DNA from: an uncultured delta proteobacterium
GTDB lineage: Bacteria; Desulfobacterota; Binatia; UBA9968
Assembly: GCA_963745835.1 (NCBI GenBank)
Contig: CAVUZH010000019.1
Location: 320,001-384,000, forward strand
Length of the DNA stretch: 64,000 nucleotides
Direction of reading: 5' to 3'
The translations under genes were made by a program, and so were the position numbers. This document shows, one piece after another, positions 54,819-64,000 of this stretch (position 1 is the stretch's first letter; each line of letters opens with the position of its first letter). The notes beneath the pieces are model-generated. The model was not told where the DNA came from. It ran no database searches and worked only from the letters and a program-made list of their open reading frames with translations.

Positions 54819-54998
54819 CTCATTTGTAAATGATAGCTGAATCGCGGGCGATCAAGTGACCGCCGCTGTTTGTGTTTCTGTAGAACATCATAATACGATC
54901 GCGGCCAGCGGTGAAAGTCAGCTCGCCGATCGCGTGTTTTTTCTGCGCCAACGAAGTAAGAACGTATGTCGTGAGAGCACCGTAGAATAGATCAACGA

Positions 54999-56714
54999 AT
55001 GAAACATTCTATGAACGAGCCTGTCCAACCACCGTCTTCAACCATCACCGGCGCCGAAGCCGTGGTTGAGATGCTGCGAGCCCACGAAGTCGAAGTGATC
55101 TTCGGCCTATGCGGCGATACCAGTTTACCGTTTTACGACGCGCTCGCGCGCCTGCCGCATGGCATGCGTCACATCCTCGCACGTGACGAGCGCTCCGCCG
55201 CCTACATGGCGGACGGCTACGCGCGCATATCGGGCAAAGTCGGCGTATGCGAGGGCCCGAGCGGCGGCGGCGTGACGTACATCGTTCCGGGGCTAGCCGA
55301 AGCCAACGAATCTTCCGTGGCGCTGCTCTGCATCAACTCGGATATTTCCGTTGTCGCGCGCGGTCGCTACACCTTGACGGCACTTGACCAAGGCGCGCTC
55401 ATGCGCCCGGTGACGAAGTGGAACAAAGTTCTCGATCGCGCCGGAGACATACCTGCGGTTTTTCGACAGGCGTTCCGGGAAATCACCACCGGCCGCCCCG
55501 GTGCGGCGCATATCGCTCTCCCCTTCGACGTACAAAATGGTTTCGTGAATCGCACCGAGGTTTGGGGCGAGGCAAAGTTCGGCAGCTATCCGGCCCAACG
55601 CACTGCACCCGACATGGATTCGGTCGAGCACGCCGCTCAGCTGCTGCGCGCGGCGGCCCGGCCGGTTTTTATTTGCGGCGGCGGTGTCGTCGTCTCCGCA
55701 GCGGAATCGGAACTGCTTGCGCTCGCCGAGCGGATCTCGGCTCCGGTAGCTACGACCATCAGCGGCAAGGGATCCATCGACGAACATCATCCCCTTGCCG
55801 CCGGCGTAGTCGGCTCCAACGGCGGGACGCCCGAAACCCGTTCCATCGTCGATCAAGCCGACCTAATCGTTTTCGTCGGCTGCCGCGCCGGCTCGGTGAC
55901 GACTGAACGCTGGCGCCATCCCGTGCCGGGCAAAGTGAAAATCGTTCATCTCGATGTCGACGCTGCGGTGCCCGGAACGAATTATCCAACCGCCGCCGCC
56001 GTTATCGGCGACGCCAAACTGGCACTGAGAATGTTGGATGAAGCTCTGGGAGACGTGCGGCGGCCACTCGATTCTGCGCTCGTGCAAAACGCCAAAGAGC
56101 AGAAATTCGCCAAGTTCCAGTCGCTCGCGGAATCGGCAGAAAAACCGATCAAGCCTGAGCGCGTGGTCGCCGCGCTCGCTGGCGCGATCGACCGCGATGC
56201 CATCATTGTCGCCGATGCCGGCACACCGTGTCCGTACTTGTCCGCCTACTATGAACTGCGCGGTGCGGGCCGGCGGTTTTTCTCCAACCGCGCTCACGGG
56301 GCTCTCGGTTACTCGCTGTCCGCCGCGATCGGCGCTCACCTCGCCAAGACCGCAGTAAAATGCATTTCAGTGATGGGCGATGGCAGCTTTGGATTTAGCT
56401 GCGGCGAGCTCGAGACCGCCGCGCGCTATTGCCTGCCGATTACTTTTGTGGTGATTGCAAACGCCAGCTACGGCTGGATCAAAGCCGGTCAGAAGTCCGG
56501 CTACGGCAAACGTTACTTCTCGGTGGATTTCGCTGCCACCGATCACGCCGCCGTCGCCAGCGCCTTCGGCGTCAAAAGCTGGCGTGTGACCGAACCCGTA
56601 AATGTTGCGACGACGCTGAAAGAAGCACTGGCGTACGGCGGTCCCAGCTTAGTCGATATCGTCTGCCAGCCGCTCGAGGAAGCCAACGCTCCGGTCTCGG
56701 AGTGGATTGCATGA
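54999..56714 (+). CDS. Thiamine pyrophosphate-binding enzyme (acetolactate synthase-like)
   Basis: RDERSAAYMADGYAR, GRPG, GDGSF...N TPP motif. Confidence 0.9.
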   Translation: MKHSMNEPVQPPSSTITGAEAVVEMLRAHEVEVIFGLCGDTSLPFYDALARLPHGMRHILARDERSAAYMADGYARISGKVGVCEGPSGGGVTYIVPGLAEANESSVALLCINSDISVVARGRYTLTALDQGALMRPVTKWNKVLDRAGDIPAVFRQAFREITTGRPGAAHIALPFDVQNGFVNRTEVWGEAKFGSYPAQRTAPDMDSVEHAAQLLRAAARPVFICGGGVVVSAAESELLALAERISAPVATTISGKGSIDEHHPLAAGVVGSNGGTPETRSIVDQADLIVFVGCRAGSVTTERWRHPVPGKVKIVHLDVDAAVPGTNYPTAAAVIGDAKLALRMLDEALGDVRRPLDSALVQNAKEQKFAKFQSLAESAEKPIKPERVVAALAGAIDRDAIIVADAGTPCPYLSAYYELRGAGRRFFSNRAHGALGYSLSAAIGAHLAKTAVKCISVMGDGSFGFSCGELETAARYCLPITFVVIANASYGWIKAGQKSGYGKRYFSVDFAATDHAAVASAFGVKSWRVTEPVNVATTLKEALAYGGPSLVDIVCQPLEEANAPVSEWIA

Positions 56715-56773
56715 GAAGGCGCTAGGCATCAGGCAAAAGTTTTCTTTCTTTCCATTAGCCGTTGCCTAATGCC

Positions 56774-57235
56774 TCAGTTCTTCAGTCGCACCTTCGAGCC
56801 GAATTGGGCGCAGTCTTCGTCGGTTTTGAGTCCAGCGGCGCGGATGCCGTGGGCGGCGAGTTCCTCGTCGCGCTCCTGAGTATCGCCGGTGACGCCGACG
56901 GCGCCGAGCAGCTCGCCATCGGCGTCGCGAATCAGCATGCCGCCGCCCTCGGGGAAAATCTGGTCGTCGGAAGCGCGGATCAGATACTGCATGAACAGCG
57001 GCCGCTCTTCGGTGCGCATGCGCACCAATGATGACGAGCGGCCGAGTGCGAGCGCGGCGTAGGCCTTACCGAAAGCCATCTCGAACCGCAGCATCGCGGA
57101 ATCGTCCTCTTTCTGGAATGCTTTGATCTTGGCGCCGGGCTCGACGACGATCACGCTCATAGGCCGGCAGCTCTGCTCACGAGCGCGGGCAAAGATGGCC
57201 GCGATGATCCGATTGGCTTGCTCCAGAGAAATCAT
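56774..57235 (-). CDS. GlcG/HbpS family heme-binding protein
   Basis: A.GKAY.A, GG.LIR...LGAVGVTG...QERDE. Confidence 0.88.
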   Translation of the reverse strand: MISLEQANRIIAAIFARAREQSCRPMSVIVVEPGAKIKAFQKEDDSAMLRFEMAFGKAYAALALGRSSSLVRMRTEERPLFMQYLIRASDDQIFPEGGGMLIRDADGELLGAVGVTGDTQERDEELAAHGIRAAGLKTDEDCAQFGSKVRLKN

Positions 57236-57342
57236 GCCGACCTCCTCGCTTGCCCAGGCATCGATTCAATCATCCGCGAAGATTGACCACATCTAACTTT
57301 GGCCCTGCCAAGCCGAAGGCCGGTATGCCGTTCGCTAGAACT

Positions 57343-58197
57343 TTAGCTGAACAGCACGGTTGCCAGCTCTGAGCGGTACTTGTCTGTCAGCGGATGGTCG
57401 GGCCCCAGCACTTCGAAGATCTGCACCATCGCTTTGCGCGCGCCGTCGTCCCGGAACTCGCGATCGCTTTTCACGATGTCAAGAAACTCACTCAGAGCCT
57501 CTTCGAATTTTTCATTAGCGGCCAACGCCTGAGCAAGTTCGAAGCGGGCCTCTAAGCTGTCCGGCTGAGCGGCCAGCTTCTGTCTCAAAGTCGCTTCGTC
57601 GACACTCTGATCGCCCTGCAGTTGCAAGCGCGCAATTAGACGATCGGCGATCTTTCGTTCTTCGGCGGCTGGCGAGATTCTTTCCAGAGTCTCCAGTGCG
57701 CCATCCCGATCGCCCGCATTCATCAGCACGCGGCCCAAGCCAAGTAACGATTTTGCGTGCGTCGGTTCTGCATCGAGAATGGACTGATAAATCGTCTGGG
57801 CGTCGGCTGATTTTCCCTGCTCTTCCAGGTCGGCTGCCTCATCGGCCTGCTCATCGTACTCGGAAGGCAAATATCTCGACAGCATCTCGCGCACCGCCGG
57901 CTCCGGTAACGCGCCGGTGAACTCGCCGGCAATCTCTCCATCCTTTATCAACTTGACTGCCGGAATACCCTGGACGCCGAACGCGCCCGCAATTGACGGG
58001 CTCTCATCGACGTTAATCTTGGCGAGCACGAACTTGCCGGAGTATTCGTCCGCCAACTTCTCGAGCACGGGGCCTAGTACCCGACACGGACCGCACCAGG
58101 GCGCCCAGAAATCAACCAGAACCGGAACCTCGTGAGAACGCTCCAGCACGTCAGCCTCAAAGTTATCCTCACCAGCTTCAATGGTCCAATCGTTCAT
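57343..58197 (-). CDS. Thioredoxin-TPR chaperedoxin (CnoX/YbbN-like)
   Basis: FWAPWCGPC thioredoxin domain followed by TPR helices; C-terminal YRSELATVLF. Confidence 0.9.
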   Translation of the reverse strand: MNDWTIEAGEDNFEADVLERSHEVPVLVDFWAPWCGPCRVLGPVLEKLADEYSGKFVLAKINVDESPSIAGAFGVQGIPAVKLIKDGEIAGEFTGALPEPAVREMLSRYLPSEYDEQADEAADLEEQGKSADAQTIYQSILDAEPTHAKSLLGLGRVLMNAGDRDGALETLERISPAAEERKIADRLIARLQLQGDQSVDEATLRQKLAAQPDSLEARFELAQALAANEKFEEALSEFLDIVKSDREFRDDGARKAMVQIFEVLGPDHPLTDKYRSELATVLFS

Positions 58198-58229
58198 ATG
58201 CTCAAGGTAATCGATTCGTGCAACAAGAT

Positions 58230-58475
58230 CTACTTGGCGATAATCTCCTTGGCGAAATTGCGGACCTTCGCCGCCACCGGACGCATGCAGTAAACAATCG
58301 TTTCCTGTATCTCGTCTTCGCTGGCGCCATTCTCGCGTGCCTTGTCCAGGTGAAGCTTGGCGCCGTGTTCGTGCCCAATGGCGAAGTTCACCGCCATCAA
58401 GATCAGCTGAGCGGTTTTCGCATCAAGAGATCCTTCTCGATACTTTAAATTAAAGAACTCGGCTTCTTTTGGCAT
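58230..58475 (-). CDS. Carboxymuconolactone decarboxylase/AhpD-like small protein
   Basis: LDAKT.QLI, H...AR.NGASEDEI.E; AGGAGG RBS. Confidence 0.8.
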   Translation of the reverse strand: MPKEAEFFNLKYREGSLDAKTAQLILMAVNFAIGHEHGAKLHLDKARENGASEDEIQETIVYCMRPVAAKVRNFAKEIIAK

Positions 58476-58502
58476 GACATACCTCCTAATGTTTTATTGG
58501 GC

Positions 58503-58994
58503 TCATTTACCATAGGAATTCGGCTCGAAGCGTGCGCCGTTGAGAGTGTACTCGCTTTTTACGTCTGTCGGATTGCGAATCGTTTGAATCACGTAGCATC
58601 CCGCTTCAGCATTGCGGAGGACTTTGGCGATTTTTTCGGCGGGCTCTGTGGATGTGACTTCGCAACGCGTCTCAACGCCCAAACCCTCCGCCCGAACTGT
58701 TTCCAGTAATACCGAACCTTCGTTCTTAAAGCGCGCGGTCACCAAGACCCTCGCTTTATCGATGTGCGTTTTGAGCATTTCCCCGTACCGGGAAATCTGG
58801 GTGAGCAGTCAAAATCCAACTGCAAGCCCGAAGTACGCTAGTGGCGGAGGCGCCGAGTTGTCGCCGCCGATCCGCTCGGCTTCGTCGCAGTAGACGGTAA
58901 AACCTCGCGCATGGCCTTCTTTGCGCATCCGCTCCATGGTCTCGGCATCCGCCTCCAAGACGATTTCCCGTTTCACTTGCATGTCATCAGTCAT
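58503..58994 (-). CDS. OsmC/Ohr-family protein, probable selenoprotein (in-frame UGA at 58809-58811)
   Basis: DE...GGD.SAPPPL..GF-UGA-LLTQ continues in frame into AEAGCYV; hairpin downstream of the UGA. Confidence 0.8.
58777..58796 (-). promoter_or_regulatory. Putative bacterial SECIS element
   Basis: AUUUCCC-GGUACG-GGGAAAU, loop begins after 19 nt following the UGA and starts with GG(U). Confidence 0.65.
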
Positions 58995-59207
58995 AAATTT
59001 TTTCCTCATGAAAGTTTGCGATGACCTGCAACATACGTGGATTTGAGCTGTCATTGCAACTTACTCGCAAGGCCAACGGAATTGTTCAGTCAACGCATCC
59101 GACTTGATTAAAGCCGAAGGCGGAGAGGGACGACATAGGACCGCAAAGCTTTGATGACGGCGGGGCCTGGCGGCCGGCCTTTTGCCGCTAGATTGCCAAC
59201 TCCAGAG

Positions 59208-60323
59208 CTATTCCTTTGATCGTTGCTCGTCAGCCAAAGATGCAGGGTAGGTCAACCGCTGTCTCTCCCCTTCTATATATTCTTCGGAGTAAAGATCCAG
59301 CAAAGCCCGTAGCAGAGCAAACACAACCGGGCCTAAGACAATTCCCAGCGCGCCGAACAGCGCAATGCCGCCCAATATGCCAAAGAAAAGAAGCAAAACT
59401 GGAAGACCCAGGCGATTACCGATTAGTAGCGGCTTTAAGACATTGTCGACGGTTCCAACAACCCCCAGACACCAGCCCATGAGTAAAAAACCCCGCAGCA
59501 TTTCGCCCTGAAAAAGGAGATAAAGACAGACCGGAATCGAAACCAAGGTCGAGCCGCCAACCGGCAGCAGCGCAAAAAAGGCCGTGACTACTCCCCATAA
59601 AGCGGCAAAAGGAACACCCGCCACCCAATAAGCCAATCCCGCTAGTAGTCCCTGGATGACGGCAACTACAAACGAGCCATGGATTACCGCAAGAACCGCG
59701 TCGACAATGTTTTTGAACAACCGCTCTTGATGCTCACGGTCCATCGGTAATAGCCGCTGGATACGGCGGAAGAAATCTTTGCCATCACGGAGCAGAAAAA
59801 AAAGTGTGAACAGCGCAATGATGAAATTGGCAATCACCAGCAAGATGTTCTGGGCGACGCCTTTTACCTGGGAAACGATGAAACCCGAAGATACCTGCGC
59901 GCCTTGGGCCAAGATCTCTTTCCAATTGATTTTGAAGTCGATCAGGCGAAACGAGATCACATCCCACCAGATAAGAATGCTCTGCACCCATGGCGTCTCT
60001 GCCCACCGGGCAAGACCGTCATCGGTCATCAGAGAACGCACCGTCTGCACCAGTGTGATCGCCTCGTCGGTCAAAAACCAGCCGAGCTCGATTCCCGGAA
60101 TGATGACGAGCATCGTAATCGCAACGATCACGATCAGGGCGGCCGGCGTGGCCTGCCAGCGCAACAATTTGAGCAGCCAGGCATAGACGGGATAGACCAG
60201 GATCGCCAGTATCACGGCCCAGGCAATCGCCTTTAAAAAAGGCGTAAGAATTAGAAAGGCGAAATATAGAATGAGCAGAAGCAGCGCGAAGAAAAACGCC
60301 GTGCCCAACCATTGACGATTCAC
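59208..60323 (-). CDS. AI-2E family (PerM) transporter
   Basis: PF...I.WA.ILA, LFFLLRDG, DNVLKP.LIG, FG.LG...GP. Confidence 0.92.
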   Translation of the reverse strand: MNRQWLGTAFFFALLLLILYFAFLILTPFLKAIAWAVILAILVYPVYAWLLKLLRWQATPAALIVIVAITMLVIIPGIELGWFLTDEAITLVQTVRSLMTDDGLARWAETPWVQSILIWWDVISFRLIDFKINWKEILAQGAQVSSGFIVSQVKGVAQNILLVIANFIIALFTLFFLLRDGKDFFRRIQRLLPMDREHQERLFKNIVDAVLAVIHGSFVVAVIQGLLAGLAYWVAGVPFAALWGVVTAFFALLPVGGSTLVSIPVCLYLLFQGEMLRGFLLMGWCLGVVGTVDNVLKPLLIGNRLGLPVLLLFFGILGGIALFGALGIVLGPVVFALLRALLDLYSEEYIEGERQRLTYPASLADEQRSKE

Positions 60324-60562
60324 ACAAACCCCCTACCGCTAGATTCGGCTAGCCAACTCTACGCACAAGGTTCATTGGCTGCAAGCTATGTTGCGGGTTG
60401 TTCAGCCAGTTGCCACAGAGCAAGTTTGCTACTGCGCTGTAGCAAATCAACTACTCCTCGGAGACTGCGAGCGGCGCAGCGGATATTGTTCCGAATTAAT
60501 TCAGCAACTTGGTTTTGACCTGCATCATCGTTCGGCTGGTACAACCCTTGCGCTAAAGGGTT

Positions 60563-61684
60563 TTGGTGAAAGCACGACCATACATCGGCTACCGACCGCA
60601 GCTCAGAATTCAGGATCTTCGATCCGATCAGCACAAAGCCAAAGCTCGTCCATACGAGACGCTCCGGGCAGGCTCCGAGCCAAGCCGAAGATCGATTCAT
60701 CCAAAATGGACCGCAATTTTCGTTGTGGTTGTCACGCTGGCCGCCCTTGCGATTGTAGCCGAGGCGCAGCAGCCAAAAAAAGTCTGGCGGATCGGATTTT
60801 TATCCTCGATGGCTCCCGGCCCTTATGCGCATTTGTATAATGCCTTTCAGCAAGGGCTAGGCGATCTAGGCTATATCGATGGGCAAAACGTCATGATCAA
60901 AGCAAGATGGGCCGAGGGTAATACCGAACTCCTGCCGGGGTTAGCCGCGGATTTGGTAGAACAAAAAGTCGATCTCATCGTTTCAACCGGGGGGACTCTC
61001 ACCGCAATGGCGGCAAAAGCGGCGACGACCAACACCCCGGTTGTTTTCACCGCCGGCGGCGATCTTGTCAGAGTCGGACTGATTTCCAGCCTGGCGCGGC
61101 CAGGCGGTAATCTCACCGGACTGAATTTGCTGACCACCGAGCTCGGCATCAAACGTCTCGAGCTGTTGAAAGAAGCCTTCCCAAAAATTCGCCGCGTCGG
61201 CATTCTGGGAAATCCCACAAATCCAAACCACACGACTCAAGTAAACGAAACGCAAGCCGCGGCAAAGGAGCTGGGCCTGCAGGTCCAGGTACTGGAGGCG
61301 CGTAATCTGAACGAGGTGGAGGCCGTGTTTTCAAATCTATCTGAAAAGAGCGTCTCGGCGCTGCTCATGCTGCCGGATGCGATGCTCAATGCGCACCGGG
61401 AACGAAGCGCGGAGCTGGCAACCAAAAGCCGCGTTCCGGCGATCTTCGAATTCAAGGAGTTCGTCGAAGCCGGCGGTCTCATGAGCTACGGGACTAATAT
61501 CGTAGCCGTGTACCGGCGCGTCGCGGTCTATGTCGACAAGATTGTGAAAGGTGCCAAGCCGTCGGACCTGCCAGTGGAACAACCGACGAATTTCGAATTC
61601 GTGATCAACCTAAAGAGCGCTAAGCAGCTGGGATTGACCATTCCACCCAATGTCCTGGCTAGAGCAGATCGAGTCATACGATGA
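60563..61684 (+). CDS. ABC substrate-binding protein (ABC_sub_bind/COG2984), true start uncertain
   Basis: AQQPKK, LGY..G.N, SLARPGGNLTG, GAKPSDLPVEQPT, IPPNVLARADRVI. Confidence 0.88.
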   Translation: MVKARPYIGYRPQLRIQDLRSDQHKAKARPYETLRAGSEPSRRSIHPKWTAIFVVVVTLAALAIVAEAQQPKKVWRIGFLSSMAPGPYAHLYNAFQQGLGDLGYIDGQNVMIKARWAEGNTELLPGLAADLVEQKVDLIVSTGGTLTAMAAKAATTNTPVVFTAGGDLVRVGLISSLARPGGNLTGLNLLTTELGIKRLELLKEAFPKIRRVGILGNPTNPNHTTQVNETQAAAKELGLQVQVLEARNLNEVEAVFSNLSEKSVSALLMLPDAMLNAHRERSAELATKSRVPAIFEFKEFVEAGGLMSYGTNIVAVYRRVAVYVDKIVKGAKPSDLPVEQPTNFEFVINLKSAKQLGLTIPPNVLARADRVIR

Positions 61685-61691
61685 CCTGTTT

Positions 61692-61830
61692 GAAACCCGA
61701 AATTCGAAATCCGAAGCTCGAAACAAATCGAAACGACAAAGGGGGGAAAACTCTGAACGGTGCTCGGGAACTCAAATTCCGCTTTCGCGTGCGTTTGTTT
61801 CGGATTTCGATATTCGGATTTCGGATTTTC
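61692..61830. repeat. Palindromic heptamer-repeat element, copy 2
   Basis: Shares 24-nt AAATTCGAAATCCGAAGCTCGAAA with copy 1; right arm TTTGTTTCGGATTTCGATATTCGGATTTCGGATTT. Confidence 0.8.
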
Positions 61831-61835
61831 TTTAG

Positions 61836-61883
61836 ATGGATTCCCCCAACGTGCTGTCACGAGCCGATAAGGTGATCAGATAA
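61836..61883 (+). pseudogene. Orphan 3' tip of another ABC_sub_bind paralogue
   Basis: Reads MDSPNVLSRADKVIR*, compared with PNVLARADRVIR* at the end of the neighbouring genes. Confidence 0.7.
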
Positions 61884-62389
61884 GTCCGATCCCGACGAGT
61901 TTGATGCGAGCAACGTCATAGGAGCCCTGGCCGGTTTTCATCACCGCTCGGCTGGTTTAGCAGCAAGCTTTGATTCAGAGATTAATGAGACAAAAAGCCG
62001 ACAATAGACTATGGTTGGGCCTCGCTTCCGCCGCAATCGGGAATAGCCAAGTCAAAGTATCGACGATCTGAGATCGGTGTGAAGTTTTGCAGTCTCCTCT
62101 CGCTCGCAAGCCATGCGGGCATGGCGGAAGCGTAGCAGCGGAATTTGCAACATCGACTTAGGTTTTCGACTACGTTGCAGTACGCCTTTTCTATCCTTGG
62201 CATCGGCCTACAACGAGCAAAGCAGATCAATCCAGCACCACTCCATTGGATGCGTCACCGCTAATGGAGCGGCCAATCAAATCGGTGACGATCCCGCGTC
62301 ACCTCCTGGCGCAGCGATTAAAATGATTTGATAGCGCATTCGCCTTTCGACTTGCCGGGACACCTTCCAGTGCACTGACAAAAACTATC

Positions 62390-63379
62390 ATGCGAAAATT
62401 TTCTTTCACGGTCCTCATTGGCGTGCTGTTAGCATTGTGCGTTCCGGCACATGCGCAGCAAGCGGCGAAAGTTTTCCGCATCGGCTTCATGGCAGGTGTG
62501 AGTCCGCCTCCCGCCGAACCTTCGCGCTCCAACATAGAAGCTTTCCGCCACGGCTTACGAGAATTCGGTTACATCGAAGGAAAGAACGTCGTCATCGAGT
62601 CCCGATGGGCCGACGGTAAACTCGATCGACTTCCGAACCTCGCGGCGGAGCTCATTGGCCTTCAGGTCGAAGTTATCGTAACAGGCGGAACACCGGCGGT
62701 CATCGCCGCCAAGCAAACCACCAGCACAATTCCGATTGTTGCGGCAAGCGCAGATAACCTGGTAGAGGCGGGCGTGGTTGCAAGTCTCGCCCGGCCGGGT
62801 GGAAACGTTACCGGGTCGACGAGGGTCGATGCGGACTTCAGCGCAAAGCGCTTGGAGCTTCTGAAAGAAACCTTTCCCAAGCTTACTCGTCTAGCTGTGC
62901 TTTCTCATGGCGCCTTAGGAGGTGATAAGGAGGAGCTGGAAGAAACTCAGGCAGCAGCCGCCTCTTCAGGCGTTCAGATTGAATCCTTCCAGGTACAGGA
63001 CTCGAGCCGGTTTATCAGCGTTTATGCCGAGATGAAAAAAAAGCGCGCCGATGCCCTGATCATTTTTACCAGTAGCTTCACTTCATTTCACCGGAGAAAA
63101 CTCCTGGAACTCGCCACCGAAAGCCGTCTGCCAACCATGTGTGCCCAGGCGGCGTGGATCGATGCTGGTTGTTCCATGTCCTATGGACCGAATCTTACCG
63201 AATTTTACCGGCACGCAGCTTACTTCGTCGATAGAATCTTTAAAGGCGTCAAGCCAGCAGATCTTCCAGTGGAGCGTCCGAGAAAATACGAGCTGATCAT
63301 CAATCTAAAAACAACAAACCAGATTGGGCTGACGATCCCGCCGAATATTCTGGCGCGAGCGGATCGGGTCATTCGATGA
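62390..63379 (+). CDS. ABC substrate-binding protein (ABC_sub_bind/COG2984)
   Basis: Signal peptide, GYIEGKN, SLARPGGNVTG, KPADLPVE, ILARADRVI. Confidence 0.92.
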   Translation: MRKFSFTVLIGVLLALCVPAHAQQAAKVFRIGFMAGVSPPPAEPSRSNIEAFRHGLREFGYIEGKNVVIESRWADGKLDRLPNLAAELIGLQVEVIVTGGTPAVIAAKQTTSTIPIVAASADNLVEAGVVASLARPGGNVTGSTRVDADFSAKRLELLKETFPKLTRLAVLSHGALGGDKEELEETQAAAASSGVQIESFQVQDSSRFISVYAEMKKKRADALIIFTSSFTSFHRRKLLELATESRLPTMCAQAAWIDAGCSMSYGPNLTEFYRHAAYFVDRIFKGVKPADLPVERPRKYELIINLKTTNQIGLTIPPNILARADRVIR

Positions 63380-63417
63380 GGCCTAAGCCCAAATCAGCAA
63401 GCGCAAAAGAAACCCCG

Positions 63418-64000
63418 ATGAAAGCTAAGCTTGCGGGGTTCCTTTTAAGCGCCACGGTCCTTGTGCTTTGTGTTCCTGCCGATGCACAGCGACCAACGGG
63501 TAAAATTACGATTGGCTGGTTGTCTGCTGTTGGCGAGGGAAGCACCGGTCAACAGGAAATTATTCGAATTCTTCGTGAGTTCGGCTATGTCGAGGGCAAA
63601 AATATTCACTTCGAATTTCGTTATGCGCAAAACAAGCTCGATCGCCTCCCGGCTTTGGCTGAGGAGTTGGTCAGTCATAAAGTCGATGTACTCATTACAC
63701 CGGGCACACCGAGCGCCTTGGCTCTACGTAATGCTACTAAGACGATCCCGATAATTTTTGTCGATGTAACCGATCCAGTTGGGGCCGGGTTGGTCAAAAG
63801 CCTGGCCCGGCCTGGAAGCAACCTTACTGGTTTCAGCAGTATCGAGTCGGTACTGGTGGGAAAACGGCTGGAGTTGCTCAAGGAAACACTCGGTGATCTT
63901 TCGCGAGTAGCCGTGCTCTGGGATCCGCAGAATTCCGGCGCCCGACACGAATGGGAAGAGAGCCAACGCGCGGCGCGCGATCTGGGGTTGCGGCTTCACT
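63418..64000 (+). CDS. ABC substrate-binding protein (ABC_sub_bind), truncated by window end
   Basis: Manual translation MKAKLAGF..AQRP..FGYVEGKNI..DPVGAGLVKSLARPGSNLTG; absent from ORF track because it has no stop in the window. Confidence 0.88.
   Translation, partial: MKAKLAGFLLSATVLVLCVPADAQRPTGKITIGWLSAVGEGSTGQQEIIRILREFGYVEGKNIHFEFRYAQNKLDRLPALAEELVSHKVDVLITPGTPSALALRNATKTIPIIFVDVTDPVGAGLVKSLARPGSNLTGFSSIESVLVGKRLELLKETLGDLSRVAVLWDPQNSGARHEWEESQRAARDLGLRLH

Noticed and set aside
61884-62389. Genes in the gap between SBP paralogues
   Set aside because: Only short motif-less ORFs on both strands; cannot be supported.

Overview
A GC-rich (roughly mid-50s %) bacterial chromosomal segment. 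Gene content and expanded families (amidohydrolase_2, orphan substrate-binding proteins) suggest a soil deltaproteobacterial-type genome such as Ca. Binatia; this is inference. A core housekeeping block lies on the minus strand (kdsB-pyrG-kdsA-kdsD-kdsC-lptCAB-rpoN-hpf-ptsN-rapZ-ptsH-metK-ahcY, 30.8-43.8 kb). Flanking accessory genes include a CoxMLS-type molybdoenzyme, archaeal-type topoisomerase VI, PutA, many orphan solute-binding proteins and hydrolases. No tRNA, rRNA, CRISPR array or transposase was seen. Main observations: (1) a near-consensus sigma70 promoter for kdsB-pyrG whose T6-C7-C8-G9 start region forms the base of an intrinsic terminator, a candidate CTP-sensing start-site-switching attenuator; (2) an OsmC/Ohr-family gene with an in-frame UGA at the catalytic Cys position plus a SECIS-like hairpin, in a redox gene run; (3) a nitrile/thiocyanate-hydrolase-like enzyme with unusual subunit architecture next to a divergent asparaginase-fold protein; (4) a divergent pair of diiron enzymes. 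top6B and putA each carry a single +1 frameshift, probably assembly errors.
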